A DNA stretch of 64,000 bases from Camelus dromedarius. Taxonomy: Eukaryota. Both the position numbers and the translations under genes were made by a program. Below the pieces are notes generated by a model. The model was given only the letters and a program-made list of their open reading frames with translations. It did not search any database and was not told the origin of the DNA. This document shows, one piece after another, positions 1 to 11,480 of the stretch (position 1 is the stretch's first letter; the number at the start of each line of letters is the position of its first letter). The DNA lies in the NCBI RefSeq assembly GCF_036321535.1, contig NC_087472.1, positions 96,226,001-96,290,000 of the forward strand, read 5' to 3'.

Positions 1-3000
1 CTCTCTCTTGAAATGAATTCTTGTGTCTGAGACCTCTCTCCTCTCCCCTCTCTCTCCTCTCCCCTCTCCCCTCTCCCCAATCTCTCTCTCTTGGAGTGAA
101 TGCTTGTATCTGAGATCCTCACTCCTCTCCCCTCACTCTCCACTCCCCTCTCCCCTGTCTCCTGTCTTCTCTCTCCTCTGCCCAATTTCTGTCTCTTGGA
201 TGAATGCTTTTGTTTGAGAACCTCTCCCCTCTCTCCTCTCCCGAATCTCTCTTTCTTGGAATGAATGCTTGTGTCTGAGAAACTCTGTCTTCTCCCCTCT
301 CCCCTCTCCTCACTCCACTCTCCTCTCTCCCCTATCTCTCTCTCTTGCAATGAATTGTTGTGTCTGAGAACTTCTCTCCTGTCTCCTCTCTCTTCTCCTG
401 AATCTCTCTGTCTTGGAATGAATGCTTGTGTCTGAGAACCTCTCTCTCCACTCTCCTCTCCTCTCTCCACTCTTCACTCTCCACTCTCCCCAATATCTCT
501 CTCTTGGAATGAATGCTTGTGTCCCAGAATATCTCTCCTCACTCCTCTCTCCGCTCCCGTCTCTCCTCTCCCCTCTGTCCGCTCCCCTCTCCCCTCTCCT
601 GATTCTCTGTCTCTTGGAATGAATGCTTGTGTCTGAGAACCTCTCTCTCCTCTCTCCTCTCCTCTCTCTCCAATCTCTCCCTCTTGGAATGAATGCTTGT
701 GTCTCAAAATATCTCTCCTCACTCCTCTCTCCACTCTTGTCTCTCCTTTCTCCCCTCTCCCCAATCTCTCTGTCTTCGAATAAATTCATGTGGTTGAGAA
801 CCTCTCTCCTCTCTCCACTCTCCACTCACCACTCTCCCCAATCTCTCCCTATGGAATGAATGCTTCTGTCTGAGATCCTCTCCTCAATATCTCTCTCTTG
901 GAATGAATGCTTGTGTCTGAGAAGCTCTCTCTGCTCTCTGCTCTCTCCTCTCTCTTTTACCCTTTCCTCTCTCCTGATTCTCTCTCTGTTGGATTCAATG
1001 CTTGTGTCTGAGAACCTGTCTCCTGTCTCCTGTCTCCTCTCCCCCTCTCCCCCTCTCCCCCTCTCCCAAAACTCTCTCTCTGAATGAATTCTTGTGTCTC
1101 AGAATATCTCTCCTCTCTCCTCTATTCCTCTCTCCCCTGTCCCCTCACTCCTCTATCTCTCCCTCTTGGTATGAATGCTTGTGTCTGAGATCCTCTCTCC
1201 TCTCCCCAATATCTCTCTCTTGGAATAAATGCTTGTGTCTCAGAATATCTCTCCTCTCTCCTCTAATCCTCTCATCCTATCTCCCCTCTACCCTCTCCGC
1301 TCTCCCCTCACTCCTCTCTCCACTCTCCCCTCTCCCCAATCTCTCTCTCTTCGAATAAATTCATGTGTTTGAGATCCTCTCTTCTCTCTCCACACTCCAC
1401 TCTCCCCAGTCTCTGCCTATGAAATGAATGCTTCTGTCTGAGATCCTCCTCTCTCCCCAATATCTCTCTCTTGGAATGAATGCTTGTGTCTGAGAACCTC
1501 TCTCTCCTCTCCCGTCAGTCCACTCTCCCCAATATCTCTCTCTTGGAATGAATGCTTGTGTCTCAGAATCTCTCTCCTCTCTCCTCTCTCCCCAGTCTCT
1601 GCCTCTTGGAATGAATGCTTGTGTCTGAGAACCTCTCTCTCCTCTCCCCTCTCCCCTCTCCCAAATCTCTCTCTCTTGGAATGAATACTTGTGTCACAGT
1701 ATATCACTGCTCACTGCTCACTCCTCACTCCTCTCTCCCCTCTCCCCAATCTCTCTCCCTTGGAATGAAAGCTTGTATCTGAGATCCTCACTCCTCTCCC
1801 CTCCCCTCTCCCCTGTCTCCTGTCTTCTCTCTCCTCTCCCCTCTCCCCCCTCTCTTCTCCTCAATCTCTCTCTTGGAATAAATGCTTGTGTCTCAGAATA
1901 TCTCTCCTCTCTCTCTCTCCTCTCTGTTCTACCCTCTCCCCACGCCCGACGAACTCTGTCTCTCTCTCTCTGGCTCTCTCGCCCTCGGAATGATGCTTGT
2001 GTCTGAGAACCTGTGTCCTCTCTCCCCTCTCCTCTCCCGAATCTCTCTATCTTGGAATGAATGCTTGTGTCTAAGACCTGTCTCCTGTCTACTCTCCAAT
2101 CTCCAACAACTCCTCTCCCCTCTCCCCAGTCTCTCTCTCTTGGAATGAATGCTTGTGTGTGAGAAACTCTCCCCTCTTCCCTCTCCCGTCTCTCCTCACA
2201 CCACACTCTACTCTCCTCTTTCTTCTAACCTCTCCCCTCTCCCCAATCTCTCTCTCTTGGAACGGTGCTTGTGTCTGAGAACTTCTCTCCTGTCTCCTGT
2301 CTCCTCTCCAGAATGGCTCTCTCTAGGAATCAATGCTTGTGTCTGAGAACCTGTCTCCTCTCTCCTCTGTCCTCTCCTCTCTCCCCTCTGCCCAATCTCT
2401 CTCTCTTGAAATGAATTCTTTTGTCTGAGACCTCTGTCCTCTCCCCTCTCTCTCCTCTCTCTCCCCTCTCTCCTCTCTTGTCTCCTCTCCCATCTCCCAA
2501 ATCTCTCTCTCTTGGAATGAATGCTTGTGTCTCAGAATATCTCTCCCCTCTCCTCTCTCCCGTCTCCGCTCTCCCCAATCTCTCCCTCTTCGAATAAATT
2601 CATGTGTTTGGGGACCTCTCTCCTCTCTCCACTCACCACTCTCCCCAATCTCTCCCTATGGAATGAATGCTTCTGTCTGAGATCCTCTCCTCAATATCTC
2701 TCTCTTGGAATGAATGCTTGTGTCTGAGAAGCTCTCTCTCCTCTCTGCTCTCTCCTCTCTCTTTTACCCTTTCCCCTCTCCTGATTCTCTCTCTCTTGGA
2801 TTCAATGCTTGTGTCTGAGAACCTGTCTCCTGTCTCCTGTCTCGTCTCCCCCTCTCCCGTCACTCCACTCTCCACTCTCCTCTCCCAAAACTCTCTCTCT
2901 GAATGAATTCTTGTGTCTCAGAATATCTCTCCTCTCTCCTCTCTCTACTCTCCCAATCTCTCTCTCTTGGAATGAATGCTTGTGTCTGAGAAGCTCTCTC

Positions 3001-3625
3001 TCATCTCTGCTCTCTCTTCTCCCCTTTCCCCTCTCCTGATTCTCTCACTCTTGGATTCAATGCTTGTGTCTGAGAACCTGTCTCCTGTCTCCTGTCTCCT
3101 CTCCCCCTCTCCCCCTCTCCCAAAACTCTCTCTCTGAATGAATTCTTGTGTCTCAGAATATCTCTCCTCTCTCCTCAAATCCTCTCTCCCCTTTCCCCTG
3201 TCCCCTCACTCCTCTCTCCACTCTTTACTCTTCACTCTCCACTCTCCCCAATCTCTCTCCCTTGGAATGAAAGCTTGTATCTGAGATCCTCACTCCTCTC
3301 CCCTCCCTCTCCCCTGTCTCCTGTCTTCTCTCTCCTCTCCCCTCTCCCCCCTCTCCTCAATATCTCTCTCTTGGAATAAATGCTTGTGTCTCAGAATATC
3401 TCTCCTCTCTCTCTCTCCTCTCTGTTCTACCCTCTCCCCACGCCCGAAGAACTCTGTCTCTCTCTCTCGCTCTCTCGCTCTCTCGCTCTCGGAATGATGC
3501 TTGTGTCTGAGACCTGTGTCCTCTCTCCCCTCTCTCGAATCTCTCTATCTTGGAATGAATGCTTGTGTCTAAGAACCTGTCTCCTGTCTACTCTCCAATC
3601 TCCAACAACTCCTCTCCCCTCTCCC

Positions 3626-3665
<40 letters not shown>

Positions 3666-3734
3666 GAATGCTTGTGTCTAAGAACCTGTCTCCTGTCTAC
3701 TCTCCAATCTCCAACAACTCCTCTCCCCTCTCCC

Positions 3735-3808
<74 letters not shown>

Positions 3809-6350
3809 GAATGCTTGTGTCTGAGAAACTCTCCCCTCTTCCCTCTCCCCTCACACCACACTCCACTCTCCTCTCTCTTCTAACCTCTCCCCTCTCCCCA
3901 ATCTCTCTCTCTTGGAACGGTGCTTGTGTCTGAGAACTTCTCTCCTGTCTCCTGTCTCCTCTCCAGAATGTCTCTCTCTAGGAATCGATGCTTGTGTCTG
4001 AGAACCTGTCTCCTCTCTCCTCTGTCCTCTCCTCTCTCCCCTCTCGAAATGAATTCTTGTGTCTGAGACCTCTGTCCTCTCCTCTCTCTCTCCTCTACCC
4101 TCTCTCTCCTCTCCTGTCTCCTCTCTCCTCTCCCATCTCCCAAATCTCTCTCTCTTGGAATGAATGCTTGTGTCTGAGAACCTGTCTTCTATCTCCCCTT
4201 CCCCTCTCCGGAATCTGTCTCTCTTGGAATCAATGCTTATGTCTGAGAACCTCTCTCTCCTCTCCCCTCACTCCACTCTCCTCTGTCTTCTATCCTCTCT
4301 CCTCTCCCCAATATCTCACTCTTGGAATAAATACTTGTGTCTCAGAATATCTCTCCTCTCTCCACTAATCCTCTCATCCTCTCTCCCCTCACTCCTCTCT
4401 CCACTCTCCCCTCTGCCCAATCTCTCTCTCTTGAAATGAATTCTTGTGTCTGAGACCTCTCTCCTCTCCCCTCTCTCTCCTCTCCCCTCTCCCCTCTCCC
4501 CAATCTCTCTCTCTTGGAGTGAATGCTTGTATCTGAGATCCTCACTCCTCTCCCCTCACTCTCCACTCCCCTCTCCCCTGTCTCCTGTCTTCTCTCTCCT
4601 CTGCCCAATTTCTGTCTCTTGGATGAATGCTTTTGTTTGAGAACCTCTCCCCTCTCTCCTCTCCCGAATCTCTCTTTCTTGGAATGAATGCTTGTGTCTG
4701 AGAAACTCTGTCTTCTCCCCTCTCCCCTCTCCTCACTCCACTCTCCTCTCTCCCCTATCTCTCTCTCTTGCAATGAATTGTTGTGTCTGAGAACTTCTCT
4801 CCTGTCTCCTCTCTCTTCTCCTGAATCTCTCTGTCTTGGAATGAATGCTTGTGTCTGAGAACCTCTCTCTCCACTCTCCTCTCCTCTCTCCACTCTTCAC
4901 TCTCCACTCTCCCCAATATCTCTCTCTTGGAATGAATGCTTGTGTCCCAGAATATCTCTCCTCACTCCTCTCTCCGCTCCCGTCTCTCCTCTCCCCTCTG
5001 TCCGCTCCCCTCTCCCCTCTCCTGATTCTCTGTCTCTTGGAATGAATGCTTGTGTCTGAGAACCTCTCTCTCCTCTCTCCTCTCCTCTCTCTCCAATCTC
5101 TCCCTCTTGGAATGAATGCTTGTGTCTCAAAATATCTCTCCTCACTCCTCTCTCCACTCTCCACTCTTGTCTCTCCTTTCTCCCCTCTCCCCAATCTCTC
5201 TGTCTTCGAATAAATTCATGTGTTTGAGAACCTCTCTCCTCTCTCCACTCACCACTCTCCCCAATCTCTCCCTATGGAATGAATGCTTCTGTCTGAGATC
5301 CTCTCTCCTCTTCCCTATGTCTCTCTCTTGGAATGATTGCTTGTGTCTGAGAAACTCTCTCTTCTGCCCTCTCCCCTCTCTCCTCCCTCCACACTGCACA
5401 CTCCTCTGTCTTCTAACCTCTCTCCTCTCCCCTCTCCCCAGTCTCCTTCTCTTGGAATGAATGCTTGTGTCTGAGAACCTCTCCCATCTCACCCCTCTTA
5501 TATCTTTCCTATCACACCTCCCTAATCTCTGTCTTTTGGGATGAATGCTTCTGTCTGAGAATCTCTCTCCTCTCTCCTCTCACCTTTCCCAATCTCTATT
5601 TTGGAATGTTACTTGTGTCTGAGAACCTGTCTCCTCTCTCCTCTCCCTTCTCCTGAATCTGTCTTGGAATGAATTCTTGTGTCTCAGAACCTCTCTCCTC
5701 TCTCTTCTCCCCTCTCCCCAATCTCTCTCTCTTGGAATGAATGCTTGTGTCTGAGAACCTCTGTCGTCTCTCTTCTCCCTTCTGCCTTATCTCTCTGTCT
5801 TGCAATGAATGCTTCTTTCTGAGAACCAGTCTCCTCTCTTCTCTCCACTCTCCACTCTCCCCTCTCCCCAATCTCTCTCTCTTGGAATCAATGCTTGTGT
5901 CTGATAACGTGTCTCTCTCCTCTCAGTCCACCCCCCCTTCCTCCCTCCCTCCCTCTCTCAGTGAATGCTTGTATCTGCGTACCTCCTCTTCTCTCTCATC
6001 TATCTCTGTCTTCCTCCCTCAGAATTAATTCTTGAGTCTGAGGACCTCTCTCCTCTGTCCCCTCTCCTCACTCCTCTCTCTAAGTGAATGCTTTGTGATA
6101 ATCTACTCTCTTCTCCCCTCTCCCGTCTCCTCTCCCTGTCTCTTCTCACCCTTCTCTGTCTCTATGTCTGTCTCTGTGTCTCTCCTGGAATAAATGCTTG
6201 TATCTGAGAACTTCTCCCACCCTCTGAATCTGGAAATGATGGCTTGTGTCTGAGTCCCTCTCTCCCCCTCCCTCCCCTTCTCTCCCTGTCTCTCTCTTGC
6301 TAGGAATGATTCCTATATCAGAGAACATCTATCAGTCTCTCCCTCCTGTA
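1..6350. repeat. Satellite array: conserved ~30-bp core (TCTCTTGGAATGAATGCTTGTGTCTGAGAACC) separated by variable C/T spacers; runs off the left edge of the window
   Basis: The core recurs about every 50-110 bp (roughly 80 copies by eye) and the spacers are almost purely C/T. Block 1-~880 recurs nearly identically at 4424-~5300 (offset 4423; ORF 23..217 is identical to ORF 4446..4640). Monomers degenerate after ~5300. Confidence 0.97.
3737..3803 (+). repeat. (CT)n microsatellite inside a satellite monomer; a shorter one lies at ~3629-3660
   Basis: Pure ctctct run immediately before a GGAATGAATG core. Confidence 0.95.
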
Positions 6351-6419
6351 CCTTAATTTCCCCAAAGACACCTTCATCGTCATCCTCCCCTCCGCGGACG
6401 CAGCAGAGACACACGAGGG

Positions 6420-9275
6420 AAAGAAGTTTATTTCTAGTTAGAGTGTCAAAAGTTAAACACTCTGAGATGATAATCTTAAAAGGATGAATAGAAAACCTTG
6501 TTACATTCCAAGGAACCCTCTAGCTCCATTACTAGATTTTTTTTTTTTTTACCAGAAATTCTGAAGAGATCACAAAACTCCCTCCTGGTTACCAAGTATG
6601 CAAGAAAAAAAATTGCCAACCAAAATGCGCTGTCCATCCAAGTTGTCCCTTAGATTTGAAGGCTAGATAAACAGGTTTCCACACAAGCCAAGCTGAGGCC
6701 ATCAGCACTAATAGAGCTGCTCCTAGGACGTGTAGAGGGGCCTTCTTTAACGTAAAGAAAAATGTGCTCCTTACTATCAGGAAAACAGTAAAGTTTCAGC
6801 ATTAAAGTTATATTTTAAAATTTAGATTTGTCTAATGTAATAGTCATGAGCTAATAGCTTATACATCTAAAATGAAGGATAAAAACCAAAATAGTAAAAA
6901 TGACAAAGGAATTTCTTAATGGATATACAAGGTAAAATGTTGTAAATTGTGACATCAAAAACATCACACACAGGGGGTTACTATCAACCTAAAAATAGAC
7001 TGTTATAAATATAATTTACTTTACCTAAACCCCACAATAACCACAAAGGAAAAACCTATAGTAAATATACACAGTAGAGAACTATATCTAAGCATAACAC
7101 TACAATCTTCAAATGACAACGTGAGAGAGCAGTGGAAGACAAGCACAGAGGAACTACAGAAAAGCCACAAAACAATTTTTATAGTGGCAGTAAGCACATA
7201 GCTAGCAGAAGTTACAATTGACTGAATTCTCTAATCAAAATATATGGAGTGCTTAAATCTGTTAAAACACAAGACTGACCATTTGCTGCCTGTGATAGAC
7301 TCACTTCACTTGTAGATAGAGACTGAGACTGAAAGGGGGGAAAGAGATATTCCATCCAAATGAAAACCAAAAGAAACCTGGGAAAGCTATACTTCTACCA
7401 AGCGAAATAGACTATGAACCAAAATAATGAGACAAGAGCATTACATAATGATAAAAAGGTCAAACAGGACTCTGTATCATTTATAAATATTTATGCACCC
7501 AACATAGGGACACGTAAATATATAAAGCAAATATTAACAGACCTAAAGGGAGGAGGAGATACATAGCAATACAACAGTAGTGGGGACTTTAATACCACAC
7601 TCATACCAATGGATAGATTATCCAGGCAGAAAATCGATAAGGAACGTTGCACTTGGACCATGCATTAAGATCACAAACACTTAACAGACATATACAGAAC
7701 ATTCCATCCAAAAGCAACAGAGGACACACTTTTCTCAAATGCACATGGAACATTCTCTAGGATATAGCATATGCTAGGACACAAGACTCCATAAATTTCA
7801 AGAATATTTAAATCTTATCGAGCATCTTTTCTGACCACAATATTATGAAACCAGAAATCAATTACAAGAATAAAACTAGAAAATTCTCAAGCATGTGAAC
7901 ATTTAGCAACATACCACTGAACTACCAATGAATTGATGAAAAAAATCAAAAGAAATTTAAAACAATACCTTGAGACAAATGGAAATACCACGTACAAAAG
8001 TTATGGGATGCAGCAAAAGCAGTTCTGTGAGGGAAGTTCATGACGATAAATGCCTGCATCACGAAAAAAAAATCTAACTTTGCACTTCAGTGAACTATGA
8101 GAAGAGGAGCAAACAAAGGCCAAAATTAATGAAAGAAAAACGTATCAGAGCAGAAATAAGTAAAAGAGATGTGAAACAACGGGAAAGAGCAATGAAACTA
8201 AGAACTTGTTTTTTGAAAAGATAAATAGACAAGACTACCTAGACTTGAAAAGGAAAAGGACTCAAAATCAGCAATGAAAGAGGAGATACTACAGCTTACA
8301 CCACAGAAATGTAAAGAATCCTAAGACTGAAGAATAATTATATGCCAACCAATTGGATAACCTAAAGGAAACGGGTTCATTCATAGAAACATACAGCCTG
8401 CCAGGAAAGAATCATGAGGAAATAGAAAATCTGAAGAGACCAATGATGAGGAAGGAGATTGAATCCATAATCGGAAGTCTCCCACTAGACAGAAGCCCAG
8501 AAGCAGATGGTTTCTCTGGTGAACGCTACCGAACATTGAAAGAACTAACACCAGTACTTCTCAAACACTTTTTTAAAAATTCAAGAGGAAGTAACACTTG
8601 CAAAAGTATTTTACAAGGCCAGCAGTACTTTGATACCAAAGCCGGAGAAGGACACTACAAGAAAACCATACACCAATATCTGATGGATATATAGATGCAA
8701 AAATTCTCAACAAAATATTAGCAAACCAAATTTGACAATATATGAAGAGGATCATACACCGCGACTAAGTGGGATTTGTCCTCCAGTTGCAAGGATGCTT
8801 CAGCATATGTAACTCAGTCAGTACGATACACCACATTAACAGAATGAAGATCATCGTCTGATCATCTCAATAGATGCAGAAACACATTTTTTTTTACTTT
8901 AACAGCAAAAGCAAAGGCAACAGAACCAAAAATAAATGGGACTCTATCAAACTAAAGTTTCTGCATAGCAAAACAAACTATTAACAAAAGGAAAAAATAA
9001 CCTGCAAAATAAGAGAAATATTTGCAAATCATGTGTGACAAGTGATTAATATTCACAATAGACAAAGATCTTGCACAACTCAATAGCATGAAAAAAGTCC
9101 GATTTTAAAATGGGCAGGAGATCTGAACAGACATTTTTCCAAACAAGACACACACATGCCCAAAAGGTACACGAACAGGTGCCGAACATCACTAATCACT
9201 GGACATGCACATCGGAGCCACCATGAGCTAGCATCGCACACCTGTTAGGGTAACCATCATCAAAAACACAGGCAG
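6420..9275 (+). mobile_element. Degenerate LINE-1 fragment: ORF1 3' part, inter-ORF spacer, ORF2 endonuclease to start of RT, then an internal deletion to the ORF2 C-terminal region
   Basis: ORF 8353..8694 (MDNLKETGSFIETYSLP...SPEADGFSGE) resembles L1 ORF2. ISIDAE-like sequence lies at ~8865-8885, followed by an abrupt jump at ~8890 to 'acagcaaaagcaaaggcaac'. Many stops and frameshifts. Confidence 0.9.
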
Positions 9276-10970
9276 TGGGGCTGGGCCAGGAAGACAGCCA
9301 CGCCCAGAAGCTGTTCTCATGTTCCTGGGTCCCATGGGACTAGAACAAACAGCTCTTGGCTGACTGCTGCCCCCAGGGTGCTGTGCGGACCGCAGGCTGA
9401 CACATACCCCCGTCCTTCTGTGCAAGAGGCCTATTTGCTTGTCCTGCAACTTCGGCCCGAGGGTCACACTTCTGATTTGGCACCTATCTAGGGCCCTACT
9501 GAGCTGTACTCTGAAGACGGAGACCGGGAGGTGCCACCTCTGTGCTCTCCTTCCGCCTCACACTAGGTCTCCAGTATCTATTGCAAAGAACTCATACGCT
9601 GGTCTGGTGCCCTGATTTTTCTGACCGCCACCCAGGGGACACACTTAGGTCGCCTGGCTCCGGTGAACAGCCGGACTTACATACAGTCTTGGGGGACTGC
9701 AGGGTATCTGCATACCTTAAAAGCTGCTGCCTGATGGTCTTGCTCCGAATCAGCCTGAGTCTAGCTGACGACAGACCCTCCCCTTGGGACACTGACAGGT
9801 CTCAGTCACTAAAAATAAAATAGGCCGCTTGGACAATGCCAGAGGTATGAGAGACAACGAAGAGCTAGGGCAGGACCGAATGATAAGTTTCACCTCCTAC
9901 ATGAGGCTCCATCTGCAAGACTGGGAGAGGGAGCTGTTTTATCTCATGCACGGAAACCAACACAGAGCACCAAAGAGAATAAAGAAACCAAGGAGTATGT
10001 TCCAAATGAAACAACAACATAAAACCTCAGAAAAATTCTTTAATGAAAGCCAGAGGTAAGCAATTTACCTGATGAGGAGTTCCCAACAATGGTCATTACG
10101 GTGCTTACTGATCTTGGGAGAAGAATGGGTGAACAGCATTAACTTCAATGAGACAGAAAATGTATGACAGTACCAAGTAGAAATCACAGAGCTGAAAAAT
10201 ACACTAGAGGATTCAACCGCAGACTAGATGAAGCAGAGAAAAGGATCAGGGAATGTGAAGACAGGCCAGTGTCCCTCACCCAATCAGAGCAGCAAAAAGA
10301 AAAATGAATTTAAAAAGTGAAGATAGTTTAAGGGACTTATGGGACAACAGCAAGCCAACCAAAATTCACATTGTAGTGGTCCCAGAAGCAGCAAGAGAGA
10401 AGGGGGCAGAAAATCTATTTGAAGAAATAATGGCTGAAAACTTCCCTAACCTGGGGAAGGAAACAGAGACCCATATGCAAGAGGCCATTAGAGTTCCAAA
10501 TAAGCTGAGCCAAAAGAGACCTATACCAAGACGTTATAATTAACATGTCAAAAATTAAAGACAAGGCGAGACTCTTAAAAGCAACAAGAGGAAAACAACT
10601 TGTCACATACAAGGGAACCCCCATAAAACTAAGATTTTTTTCAGCAGAACTTTGCAGGCCGAAAGAGAATTGCATGATGTATGTAAAGTGCTGAAAGAAA
10701 ACTTCCAGCCAAGAATAAAGGAATCTAAGCGTACACTAAAGAAAAGAAACCACGAAGAGAGAATAAAGGAACAGAGGAGCTACAAACCAGCCAGAAAACA
10801 ATTAACAAAATGGCAACGAGCACGTACCTATCAGTCATTACTTACATTATTTACGGTTCCCAATTAAAAGTCAGTGTCTGAATGGATAAAAGGACACATC
10901 TACATGCTGCCTACTAGAGACTTATTTCAGAGGTGAGGACAGATAGGGAAGGGATGGAGGAATATATTCC

Positions 10971-11480
10971 AGACTACTACTCAGCTGTAAAAAAGAATAA
11001 AATAATGCCATTGGCAGCAACATGGATGGACATTATTATACTGAGTGAAGTCACCCAGAAAGAAAAAAATACCATATGGTATCACTTATATGTAGAATCT
11101 AAAGAAATGACACAAATGAACTTATTTACAAAACAGAAACAGACTCACAGACTTAGAAAACAAACTTACGGTTACCAAGGAGGAAAGCAGGGGCAGGGAT
11201 AAACTGGGAGGTCAGGATTTGCAGACACACACCACTATATATAAAAATAGATAAACAACAAGGTCCCCCTGTATAGCACAGGGAACTATATTCAACATCT
11301 TACAATAACCTATAACGAAAAGGAATATGAAACGGGATATATATAACTGAGTCACTATGCTGCGCACCAGAAACTAACACAACATTGTAAATCGCCTATA
11401 CTTCAATTTAAAAAAAAACTTAATGATCATTTACATGTCAAAAAATAAAACATATGTTAACCTAAAAAAAAAGAAAAAGA
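10971..11480 (+). mobile_element. 5'-truncated artiodactyl-type L1 3' end with A-rich tail, inserted into the host L1 ORF2
   Basis: Reads 'acagaaacagactcacagacttagaaaacaaactt...gtatagcacagggaactatattc...acaacattgtaaatc' and ends in an A-tail. Host ORF2 resumes at 'aaaagatactctatgcaaat', which resembles the left flank 'aatatattcc' (degenerate TSD). Confidence 0.85.

Noticed and set aside
23..6328. Dozens of Ser/Leu/Pro-rich and Arg/Glu/Gly-rich ORFs
   Set aside because: These are translations of the stop-poor CT/AG satellite, with no splice or domain evidence.
1..6350. CRISPR-like appearance (constant ~30-bp repeat with variable spacers)
   Set aside because: Spacers are low-complexity C/T runs of irregular length that are duplicated in blocks, there are no cas genes, and the context is mammalian. 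It is a satellite.
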